Shown here: positions 8,994 through 17,083 of the stretch, piece after piece | How the letters are laid out: each line of letters begins with the position of its first letter | Numbering within the stretch: the first letter of the stretch is position 1 | Assembly: GCA_025839675.1 (NCBI GenBank) | Contig: CP104013.1 | Span: 4,470,001-4,502,000 of the forward strand | DNA length: 32,000 nucleotides | Source: Candidatus Lokiarchaeum ossiferum | GTDB taxonomy: Archaea > Asgardarchaeota > Lokiarchaeia > Sigyniarchaeales > Promethearchaeaceae | Direction of reading: 5' to 3' | Made by a program: the position numbers and the translations under genes | Notes under the pieces: generated by a model | What the model saw: the letters and a program-made list of their open reading frames with translations, nothing else | The model's database searches: none | What the model was told of the DNA's origin: nothing

Positions 8994-9719
8994 TTATGTT
9001 TCAGTATTTGGAGGATCGGGGTTTTCTGCATCAGAATCGCTCAAATTTTCCAATAAATCGGTACTCCAGTTTGAAATATCGATGGTGAGTTCAATATCAT
9101 CTTCATTGGGACATACTACTCGAATTGTCAATTGCTCCGCAGTTCTGTCAATGATTTCTGGAAAATGACAATCATCTGCAAGTTTAGAAACTATAAATCG
9201 AATATATGCTTCCGAGAAAACTGTTAAGGATCCTTGCAATATTTCCTCACCTAATCTTCCAATATGAAAATGGACTCGTTTACCCTTTCGTTCTTTCTCA
9301 ATCAATTCTGCATCGACTAACCGAACGGCATGGTGGCGAACTGAGTCATGATGAATATTCAATTCCCGTGCAATTTCATTTTGAAAGCAATCGGCATGAT
9401 TTAAGATATAGAGAAATATCAGTAATGCATTTTTATTTTTGATAAGCATAAACGCCCTTTCCATTTCTTTAGTACGTAAGTTTTTTGGAAAGAAGAGTCG
9501 TTTTCCATCTATTTTATCTGATTTTATTATGCCATCTTCCTCAAGTTTGCTCAAATGATATAGTAATGTTGCACTACTAATTTTTTCATCCCCTTGCGAC
9601 ATGAGCTTATAAAAATAAGTTCCAGGGTTTTCACAGATTATTTTGTAGATATTTCTCCTGGTTGGATGAAGTAAGAACAATTTTTCGTCAGAGTGGTGTC
9701 GCCGGGGCATATTTTTCAC
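8994..9719 (-). CDS. Transcriptional regulator with two tandem winged helix-turn-helix domains (ArsR/TrmB-like) and a C-terminal domain ending in an acidic tail
   Basis: wHTH 1: RRNIYKIICENPGTYFYKLMSQGDEKISSATLLYHLSKLEEDGIIKSDKIDGKRLFFP. wHTH 2: ALLIFLYILNHADCFQNEIARELNIHHDSVRHHAVRLVDAELIEKERKGKRVHFHI. Both show the helix-turn-helix plus beta-wing (G-K-R-x-F/H) pattern. Confidence 0.7.
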   Translation of the reverse strand: MKNMPRRHHSDEKLFLLHPTRRNIYKIICENPGTYFYKLMSQGDEKISSATLLYHLSKLEEDGIIKSDKIDGKRLFFPKNLRTKEMERAFMLIKNKNALLIFLYILNHADCFQNEIARELNIHHDSVRHHAVRLVDAELIEKERKGKRVHFHIGRLGEEILQGSLTVFSEAYIRFIVSKLADDCHFPEIIDRTAEQLTIRVVCPNEDDIELTIDISNWSTDLLENLSDSDAENPDPPNTET

Positions 9720-9746
9720 ACAAAGTTTTATTATTTTAGGATTTCT

Positions 9747-10184
9747 TTATTCTTCGAGCTCGATTCGTTCGAAAAATGGTTTTTTAACATGGGTTATTGA
9801 TGACATTTTTTCTTTAATTATATCAAATTTGGCATCAGTGTCTTCAAAAACGCCTTCCCAAACACAGATCTCGTCTTTGAAACAAATTCCTGTGGAAAAG
9901 AGGTTGGTAAGATCTAATTCTTTTAATGTTTTTCTCAATGATGTGAAAAATGATTCATTTAAGGAACTTTTATCCAAAATTAGTTTGACAAACAACACTC
10001 GAGAGGCATTCGTTAGAAAGAATGATAATTTCTTTGAATCTCCTGGAATGACTGCTACTAAATTTTGTCCCAAGGGAAGTAAAGCATCATATATTCTTTT
10101 CGGAATTTTTATTTCCTCAGACAGCTTTGCAATAAATGCTTGAGCTAACTTTTTTGATTCGTAATATTCCTTTTTATCATCCAT
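9747..10184 (-). CDS. Hypothetical small alpha/beta protein (145 aa)
   Basis: The track gives 9747-10247, but the first 21 codons (MWFLILPFDARFNMHFFQFNI) look like AT-rich read-in. I prefer ATG at 10184 (MDDKKEYY...). It lies 27 nt upstream of the wHTH gene on the same strand and is divergent from the 10321 gene. Confidence 0.5.
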   Translation of the reverse strand: MDDKKEYYESKKLAQAFIAKLSEEIKIPKRIYDALLPLGQNLVAVIPGDSKKLSFFLTNASRVLFVKLILDKSSLNESFFTSLRKTLKELDLTNLFSTGICFKDEICVWEGVFEDTDAKFDIIKEKMSSITHVKKPFFERIELEE

Positions 10185-10320
10185 GATATTAAATTGGAAG
10201 AAATGCATATTAAATCTTGCATCAAAGGGTAAAATTAAAAACCACAAAGCGTAAAATTAAATTATCGAAGAACCGAGTCGTTAAAATAAAAATAAGAAGG
10301 TCGAGGAAAAAACGCAATAT

Positions 10321-13300
10321 ATGTTTAGTTTCATAGTTCTTGGTGATTCAGCGGCAGCCGTTGATTATTTCGATCATGCTGGCCTTTCGAATATAGATCA
10401 AGGTGATATTTCGAAATGGGAAAAACAGTGCACCTTTCAAGATAATGAAATTGATTTGACCCTCGATGTTCCATTAACTGATGGGTTTGAATATGATGAA
10501 TTTTTACCGATGGCAGATGGTATTTTATACTTTCTAAACCCAAATTTTCCCGAACAATTTGCCTTATTTGAAGATATTGTTCAAATCATTCAGAAAATAA
10601 ATCGAAATGTACCCTTTGCTTTAGTTTTCCGGGATTCTAAACGTTTGATTCAAACCTCAACTAATCAATTACTATTTTCTATATGGGAAAAGTATTCTTT
10701 TGAAGCTTTTATCGCAGATTTAGGCAGTCCTAATTATACAGATTATATTTTGGAAAGTATTTGCGAGAGTATTATAACTCGCCAAGCCATTATTAATCTT
10801 GATACTGCTTGGATGCAGGTACCCTTATTATATTCAAAAGTAAATAGGCACATTAATACTCAAGATTGGATCTCTGCGGCCCGTTTGGTGGAAAAAATTG
10901 CACTTATTTCACAAAAATGTAAAAATTCTGATTGGCAAATTTATGCTGAACAAGCCGCTTGGTTATATGCAAAAGGTGGTGCAGTGTTAGATGCTTCAAA
11001 GATTATTGGTAATTTTAATGAAGTTTACGCTGAACGTTACAAAAAAATTTATGTGGATCAGTTAATTTATCAAGGTAGAGTTCTTCACAATGAGAAAAAT
11101 TTTGCCCAAGCTGCCCAACAATTTGAAACGGCGGGAAATTGGGCACGTTTCGAACTCAGTGATTCTATTTTAATTAAAAAATCCTTAAAAAATGCAATAT
11201 ATTCTTGGATCTCCGCTTGTGAAATTCAAAATGCTTTTTCTCTTTTGGAACGATTTGATCATAATGAAATGATTGATATTTTAGAAGAAGTTACTGACAA
11301 AATTGCTGGGGTTGCTGATTTTCTCACTTCTCAAGGGCAAGATGATTTTGCCAAAGCACAATTATATCTCTGTTTTCAAAAGTATCAAAAAGCGGGATTA
11401 TTTGATTCCATCAAAGTATTTGCTAACAAAACAGTTAAAATTCTTAAACGAATTTTAGAGCGACATCTGCGAAATCTGGATGTTGATTCTGCAAAATTGA
11501 CTCTTGACGAACTTTATAATATTTGGGAGACTTTTGGTATTGAATCTGAAAACATTGACTCGTATCTTTTGCGAGTTGGAACTTTATTTATCGAAAGGCA
11601 AGATTTTCAAAAAGTGGAAGTTATCCTTCCCAAAATTGAATCTGGTGAAATTAAAAATCAACTTTCAAAAGCTCGTATGGATGAAGAAGAACGGATTAAA
11701 TCAGATTTACGACAAGACGAATTGGAGGATTTAACCGATGCTGTCGCTATCCTTAAAACGTATGTAGATGAAGAAAAAAAACAAATTTTGGCATATAATA
11801 GTCAAGTATATCAAGAAACTCAAGATCTCCTCGAACAAAAGCAAATTTCGTCAGGTTTAAAATATATTCATCAATATTTTCAGTGGTTAACGTTTATTGG
11901 TGAATCTGAATTTTCTTATGATGTCTACGAGCGGATTCTCTCTTTTTATCTCACCTTGGGATCTTTTGATAAATTTATTGAAGAAATCTCCCATTTACCC
12001 GAAGGACGGAGAAAAGTGTATCTTCGGGAAAAAGTGTCGATTATTATTAATTCTTTGAACAATCTCATGGTGGATGGCGAGACTACATTGATTTTACACT
12101 ACTCAACTTCCATCATCAAATTATATCGAAATCACCTGCTTTATGATGAGTCTCGTGATTTTGCCGAACTCTTGGTCAAGTTTTTACTTGAAAAAAGTAA
12201 GACCATGGCTCAGCAAGGAATTTTAGCAAGTATCAGTGAATCTATCGGTCTTGTCTCTCAAGTTGAAAACATCTCAAAGATGTATTTGGATTCAAAACAA
12301 TTTGATTTGGATCCCATCTATTCCCCTATTGTTATTTTTTATATAAAAACTGCTGATTTCAAGGAAGCTCGAAAATACAATGAGCGAATTAATTCGGATT
12401 CTCTAAAAGAAACGTATTATTCACAAATTGAAGAAATCGTGGGCGAAAAAAGTCGATCCAAAGCGATGGAGGCTCAACAGAAACAAGAAGTCCAATTTTT
12501 CGTGGAGCAACTCTCGCAATTACGAAATTTGGCTCGAGATCAACGAATTACTTCTGAAAATCTGTTGCGAATGCGGTTAGGTTTAAGAAGACGGTATTTT
12601 CAAAAACCCATTGATCTTATTCTGAAGGGAGAGTTTCCAGACGCTGCTCAACAATATTTTGAAGTCGCAGAAACTTTGATTAAAACAAAGAAATTTGAAT
12701 TGGCAGGAATTAGTGCGGGTATAGGAACTATTCTCTGTCTTTTAGTAAAAAATGTTTCTCTTCTAAAAAATCACTTAGATAAACTTAATCTTATGGCTGG
12801 GGTATCCATTTCAATATTTAAAGAAATATTTTCCGTGAAACTAATCTATTACATTCTTAAAATGATTGAGATTAATAATCCAACGTTAATTATAAATTCT
12901 TTGAAGCTATACGAGAGTTTGGCCTTATTTCCTGAAGAAAAAATGGTCCTTGATACTTTACTTGGAAAAGATATTGATTTTGAAGCATTAGTTCATTCCG
13001 ATCTCAGTTCACGCATGGATTCAGGCGAAATTAAGTTTTCAACGAATCACCAGCATCTTATCGATAAAATCGCGTTTGATCCATCTCAACGATCAAAACG
13101 AAATTCCATTGAACAGAAATTTTGGGAAGAAGCACAAAATTATTTAGCCCGACAAGAATATGAACAAGCATCTTTAAGTTATTTAGCCCAAGTAGATCAC
13201 TTAGTCGTTCGCAATAATGAAAAATTTGCCATTATATCCATCGTAATGGCCTTTTTAGCCTTATTGAAAGCGAAAAAACCTGCAGAAGTTTATTTCGAAT

Positions 13301-14055
13301 ATGAAAAATTTTATTATCAATTTGATAAAAAATATGAACGCGTGGCAAAATCTGAATTATTTGCTTTACTTGAGATAATATTGCAATATTGGGTGAAAAA
13401 AAGTGCTCAACAGACGATTCGACAGATCCTTTTGGCATTTCAATCGAAATTGCCGTTATTTGATTGGGAATCTTCTCTAATTAGTGGCTTTTTAGGGGAT
13501 TTTGAAGGAAAAGGATCTCAAATTTCATCAAATACGGATAAGAATGTGCATCTTGGTTCTCCTGATGAATTTGATGATTCAACTCTTCAAACTCAGCAAA
13601 TTGTGGTTTTAACCCAAGAAATCAGTGATATGCAGTCGAATTTCGCTGAATTGCTCCATAAACGTAATTCAATGGTGAATTCTTATTATAAAGACATAAT
13701 TTCTTACCTGACCGCCGAATCCTATTTAGAGGCTGCTACTGAATATGAAAAGCTTGGGAAACGCATGGCACGACGAAATGATTTTAATGCTGCAAGTTTA
13801 ATGCTTCTCTTATCTCTGCTTTCACGCTTAAAACATAAACAATCGGTGAATGAAATCACTGTTGCCCTTGATACCGTCTTGGGAAAATTAGGAATAGTTA
13901 AAAAAATTCTTGACGATCACTTTGGAGTCAAAATCGCTTATTTTGTTCTGGATGTATTAAAATCTAAAAATGAAAACTTAAAAACAAATATCCGAAACCT
14001 CCTCCAATTATTACCGCTTCTATCTGCGGAAAAGGTACTTGTGCAGTTGGAATAA
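10321..14055 (+). CDS. Giant protein: N-terminal degenerate Ras-like G domain (pseudo-GTPase) fused to a ~1080-aa TPR/alpha-solenoid
   Basis: The N-terminal ~165 aa follow the small-GTPase strand/helix order with every nucleotide motif degenerated. FIVLGDSAAAVDYF stands for ivlGdsGvGKs. IDLTLDVPLTDGFEYDEF stands for v.l.iwDTAGQE. ADGILYFLNP stands for a.g.ilvyD. NVPFALVFRDSKR stands for ip..lvGNKxD. The rest has recurring helical-hairpin signatures of TPR/SNAP-like type (YQGRVLHNEKNFAQAAQQFETAGNW, KGEFPDAAQQYFEVAETLIKTKKFELAG, YLARQEYEQASLSYLAQ, YLTAESYLEAATEYEKLGKRMARRNDFNAAS). Confidence 0.6.
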   Translation: MFSFIVLGDSAAAVDYFDHAGLSNIDQGDISKWEKQCTFQDNEIDLTLDVPLTDGFEYDEFLPMADGILYFLNPNFPEQFALFEDIVQIIQKINRNVPFALVFRDSKRLIQTSTNQLLFSIWEKYSFEAFIADLGSPNYTDYILESICESIITRQAIINLDTAWMQVPLLYSKVNRHINTQDWISAARLVEKIALISQKCKNSDWQIYAEQAAWLYAKGGAVLDASKIIGNFNEVYAERYKKIYVDQLIYQGRVLHNEKNFAQAAQQFETAGNWARFELSDSILIKKSLKNAIYSWISACEIQNAFSLLERFDHNEMIDILEEVTDKIAGVADFLTSQGQDDFAKAQLYLCFQKYQKAGLFDSIKVFANKTVKILKRILERHLRNLDVDSAKLTLDELYNIWETFGIESENIDSYLLRVGTLFIERQDFQKVEVILPKIESGEIKNQLSKARMDEEERIKSDLRQDELEDLTDAVAILKTYVDEEKKQILAYNSQVYQETQDLLEQKQISSGLKYIHQYFQWLTFIGESEFSYDVYERILSFYLTLGSFDKFIEEISHLPEGRRKVYLREKVSIIINSLNNLMVDGETTLILHYSTSIIKLYRNHLLYDESRDFAELLVKFLLEKSKTMAQQGILASISESIGLVSQVENISKMYLDSKQFDLDPIYSPIVIFYIKTADFKEARKYNERINSDSLKETYYSQIEEIVGEKSRSKAMEAQQKQEVQFFVEQLSQLRNLARDQRITSENLLRMRLGLRRRYFQKPIDLILKGEFPDAAQQYFEVAETLIKTKKFELAGISAGIGTILCLLVKNVSLLKNHLDKLNLMAGVSISIFKEIFSVKLIYYILKMIEINNPTLIINSLKLYESLALFPEEKMVLDTLLGKDIDFEALVHSDLSSRMDSGEIKFSTNHQHLIDKIAFDPSQRSKRNSIEQKFWEEAQNYLARQEYEQASLSYLAQVDHLVVRNNEKFAIISIVMAFLALLKAKKPAEVYFEYEKFYYQFDKKYERVAKSELFALLEIILQYWVKKSAQQTIRQILLAFQSKLPLFDWESSLISGFLGDFEGKGSQISSNTDKNVHLGSPDEFDDSTLQTQQIVVLTQEISDMQSNFAELLHKRNSMVNSYYKDIISYLTAESYLEAATEYEKLGKRMARRNDFNAASLMLLLSLLSRLKHKQSVNEITVALDTVLGKLGIVKKILDDHFGVKIAYFVLDVLKSKNENLKTNIRNLLQLLPLLSAEKVLVQLE

Positions 14056-14196
14056 AGAACCCGGACTTTTTACTTTATTTTCTCTTCTACTCTTTCCAGT
14101 GAAAATTTAATGGGTAATGTTTGCTGAAATTCGAACGCGAATTCCTTTAGGTTTAAAGGACTTAGATCTCTTTACTAGGTAATTCTCGAAAGAAAA

Positions 14197-14204
14197 AGGT
14201 GATC
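14197..14204 (+). promoter_or_regulatory. Shine-Dalgarno-like ribosome-binding site (AGGTGATC) for the 14207 gene
   Basis: The 8-nt AGGTGATC ends 2 nt before the ATG at 14207. It is complementary to the conserved 16S rRNA 3' end (5'-GAUCACCU-3'). Weaker GGTGA cores sit before other starts, e.g. 17072-17076 before 17084. Confidence 0.55.
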
Positions 14205-14206
14205 AA

Positions 14207-15562
14207 ATGGGATTTATGGAAAAATTAAAAGAAAGTTTTTCTTCTGTGGCAGCGCAGATGAAAGAAAATACTAAACAACTTGAGAGTGTAATCAAAGAAA
14301 ACTCGGAATTATTGGATTCTCATGATAAACTCAGTAAAGAAAGTGCAGAGGGTATCTTAGAATTAAAGAAATATGGGGAAAAAGAAACTCCTCTCTTAAA
14401 AGATGCTTTTGTTGGTCTCTCAGAGACACTCAAAATGGTGGAAGGAGAACGTGCTAAGATGACTTCTGAATTAAGAAGTCAATTTTTACAACCTATGAAG
14501 GAATTAGTTGCTCAATTTGATCAATTAGAGCGCGAAATCAAAGAAGATGAATCTGCTGCCAAAAAATTGGCAAAAATTAAAAAGAAATTGGACAAAGAAA
14601 AAGCAAAACCGGCTGAAAAACAAAAACCGGGAGCGATTGAAAAAGCTGAAGCTGATTATCAAAATGCAGTCAAGATTGCTGAAAAGGAACATGATGATGT
14701 GATCAAGGCAACCGCTGCATATCAAGAACAAAAAATCAGGAAAATTAAAGAATGCTTGGCTGTGATTGTTGCCCAACATAAAGGTTTTCATCAAATTGTA
14801 CTATCGAATTTAACCGATACTAAAATGTATATTGAAATGATTGTGCCGGAACAGAAGGAAGAGGTCAAAGAAGCTATTGCAGAAACCCTTGAAAATCTGG
14901 AAGAATCGCTTAAAAGTTGTGATCAAATATATACTGTCATCGCCCATGTCAAAAAAGATTTACACTCCGTTATCAAGGAAAACATGGAAATGTTGAATGC
15001 TCACCTGAAAGTCACTAAAGAAAGTAAGGAAGGAATCAACGCTTTTAAAGATTATGGATTGAAAGAAAGTCCTGCTCTCGGTGAAGCTCTATCTTCTTTA
15101 GGGGGTTCACTTGAAATCATAGAAGTTAATAGACAAGCTTTTGTCGAACAAATGAATCATGAATTTATTCGCCCCCTAAAAGAATTGATTGATACTTGGG
15201 ATAAACTCCGAGAATTAATCAAAAAAGATGTTAAATCGCTTAAAAATGATCAGAAAATAGTCCGAAAACTCGAAAAATTGAAAATGCAAGATCCTACAAA
15301 ATTGAAACCTGGTTTATTGGAGGAAAAGGAGAAGGAAGCTGCGTCTATTCGAGATGCGTCTACGAAATTGCACAAATCAATGCTCACATCCTATCAAGAA
15401 TTCACTGCTGCTAAGTCTAAAACCATGAAAAGTTGCTTAGGGTCAATGGTGGAGCGCAACTTAAAGTTTCATAATCAGGCTTTAAATATTATTGATAATG
15501 CAGAAATTTTAGTCTCACAAATTGATATTTCAAAAGAAATGGATTATGAATTGGACATTTAA
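14207..15562 (+). CDS. Tandem BAR-domain-like protein (two ~225-aa three-helix units; the first has an N-terminal amphipathic helix)
   Basis: Internal duplication with a 227-aa offset: S27-VIKENSELLDSHDKLSKESAEGILELKKYGEKETPLLKDAFVGLSETLKMVEGERAKMTSELRSQFLQPMKELV versus S254-VIKENMEMLNAHLKVTKESKEGINAFKDYGLKESPALGEALSSLGGSLEIIEVNRQAFVEQMNHEFIRPLKELI. Each unit matches remembered endophilin/amphiphysin BAR patterns: a ...FGrELG...ALgevGEam..L.evkd.ld.evkqnFidPLq.L block, a K-rich Kkl...r.dyd.kkk segment, and a terminal helix VAQHKGFHQIVLSNL / MVERNLKFHNQALNIID resembling vqAQleYHkQAvqIL. The N-terminus MGFMEKLKESFSSV is amphipathic. Confidence 0.6.
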   Translation: MGFMEKLKESFSSVAAQMKENTKQLESVIKENSELLDSHDKLSKESAEGILELKKYGEKETPLLKDAFVGLSETLKMVEGERAKMTSELRSQFLQPMKELVAQFDQLEREIKEDESAAKKLAKIKKKLDKEKAKPAEKQKPGAIEKAEADYQNAVKIAEKEHDDVIKATAAYQEQKIRKIKECLAVIVAQHKGFHQIVLSNLTDTKMYIEMIVPEQKEEVKEAIAETLENLEESLKSCDQIYTVIAHVKKDLHSVIKENMEMLNAHLKVTKESKEGINAFKDYGLKESPALGEALSSLGGSLEIIEVNRQAFVEQMNHEFIRPLKELIDTWDKLRELIKKDVKSLKNDQKIVRKLEKLKMQDPTKLKPGLLEEKEKEAASIRDASTKLHKSMLTSYQEFTAAKSKTMKSCLGSMVERNLKFHNQALNIIDNAEILVSQIDISKEMDYELDI

Positions 15563-15580
15563 TTACCATTGTTATTTCTC

Positions 15581-15588
15581 TTTTTTTT
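15581..15588 (+). terminator. Oligo-T tract (T8) downstream of the BAR-like gene, candidate archaeal terminator
   Basis: A T8 run lies 19 nt after the stop at 15562, between convergent genes. Archaeal RNA polymerase terminates at oligo-T. Specificity is weak in this AT-rich DNA. Confidence 0.35.
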
Positions 15589-15606
15589 CCGTTTTCTCTA
15601 AATTCC

Positions 15607-16377
15607 TTATATCACCGTTTTAGTGGCATAACAGAGTAAGCTGTCGCTTTCCTTTGGGCGCAAGGGTGATTTTTCATAGGAATCCCAAAAAATAATTTCC
15701 GAAAATTCATATTCCCTTAAAATATTCTTTAATTCCTCTGTGGAAGGTAAATACCAAGAGCTAGTATTCACTTTTTGGGAAAATTTTTCCTCCGCAGCTT
15801 TCTTATAAAATGTAATGAAATCTACATGTTGAATATGGGTTGTTAAATCAGGATCGAAACGTTTTGAGGTGAAAATTTCATATCCATCCTTCGAATGAAC
15901 AATTTTCGAAGTCCAATATCCCTTTCGCGGGTTCTCACTATTTAAAATTTGAAAAAATAACCGCCCTCCATTATTGAGGCTTTCACTAATTTTCTTAAAG
16001 GTCTCGGTGGGTAAGTATTCTCCCCACATCAAAGAAATCGAATTTCCAAGTGAATAAATCACATCAAATTTTTGTTCACATATTGGTTCCTTCACAAAAT
16101 CTTTTTTAGAGAAGGATATCTCGGAATTTGAGTCCTTTATAGCCGATTGGGCGTATTTAATTGAATCCTCACTAATATCAATGCCCTCAAATTCATGGGC
16201 AGGATAATTTTTTGCGAGTTGGGTTAAATGAATTCCGGGACCGCAGCCCAGGTCAAGAATTCGTAATCTTTTTTTCTGGGGAAATGTGTTAATTATTTCT
16301 TCAATAGTTGGTAATTCTCTCTTCAATCGGTTCGTCCAATTAATTGTTTCCAAATACGTTTCCATTTCATTATACAT
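15607..16377 (-). CDS. Class I SAM-dependent methyltransferase
   Basis: Motif I ILDLGCGPGIH, an acidic residue after strand 2 (EGIDISE), and motif post-II (DVIYSLGNS) are typical of the Rossmann-fold MTase layout. Confidence 0.85.
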   Translation of the reverse strand: MYNEMETYLETINWTNRLKRELPTIEEIINTFPQKKRLRILDLGCGPGIHLTQLAKNYPAHEFEGIDISEDSIKYAQSAIKDSNSEISFSKKDFVKEPICEQKFDVIYSLGNSISLMWGEYLPTETFKKISESLNNGGRLFFQILNSENPRKGYWTSKIVHSKDGYEIFTSKRFDPDLTTHIQHVDFITFYKKAAEEKFSQKVNTSSWYLPSTEELKNILREYEFSEIIFWDSYEKSPLRPKESDSLLCYATKTVI

Positions 16378-16406
16378 TCTGGTTCCCCTTTGATATCCTA
16401 CTTCTA

Positions 16407-16694
16407 TTATAGAATTTCACAAATCTCGCAGAGTTCATTTTTAAATTCAGCCCATTTTCCAGTTGATTTTAAATAATTTTCTTTAATCAATAAATCTTTA
16501 AGCCCTTCGTTCTTCCCAAAATCATTTACAAGTATTTCCGAAGGACCCAAATTTACCGAAGGAGAATTTAAACTGATCTCATAGTGTGGATATTTTGTTT
16601 CATCGATTAGCAAAACGGTCATGTTCCCCTTGGAGGCAAAAAATTTCTTCACTAAAATCAAGTTTTCACCTTTCCACTGAATTTTTTTCACCAT
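16407..16694 (-). CDS. Hypothetical small protein (95 aa)
   Basis: ORF 29 nt downstream of the methyltransferase gene on the same strand. No motif recognised. Confidence 0.45.
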   Translation of the reverse strand: MVKKIQWKGENLILVKKFFASKGNMTVLLIDETKYPHYEISLNSPSVNLGPSEILVNDFGKNEGLKDLLIKENYLKSTGKWAEFKNELCEICEIL

Positions 16695-17083
16695 AGGGAA
16701 TCTACGTCCAAATATCTTTGTTGTAGTTCAAAACTTTTCCTCAATTAAATAGCTTACACCTTAAATTTATCGACTTCATCTTTTTAATGTTTTGGCTACT
16801 TAGTTAATTCTCATCAATCTTCAAAAAAAGTGTCTAAAAAAAGTGATTGATTCTGTACTTTTTTTTCACATTCTTCTTGCCGAATTTGCATTTATGTTGA
16901 TCATATGAGACTTACTGTTCGTTTTTTTTCATAAATGTGATCTCCTTTTTCCAAAAAAAAGATCAATAACCTTTTATTAATCACTTTTTCTAATTATGAT
17001 ATAACACTCTGTTGAGTGACTCGTGTGAATTTTTGATCGAGCATCACCCAATTTTTAAGTGATTATATTACGGTGAAAACAAA

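Noticed and set aside
10185-10247. N-terminal extension MWFLILPFDARFNMHFFQFNI of the 9747 gene
   Set aside because: The composition looks like translated AT-rich promoter DNA, and it would shrink the divergent intergenic region to 73 nt. The internal ATG at 10184 is preferred, though this is unproven.
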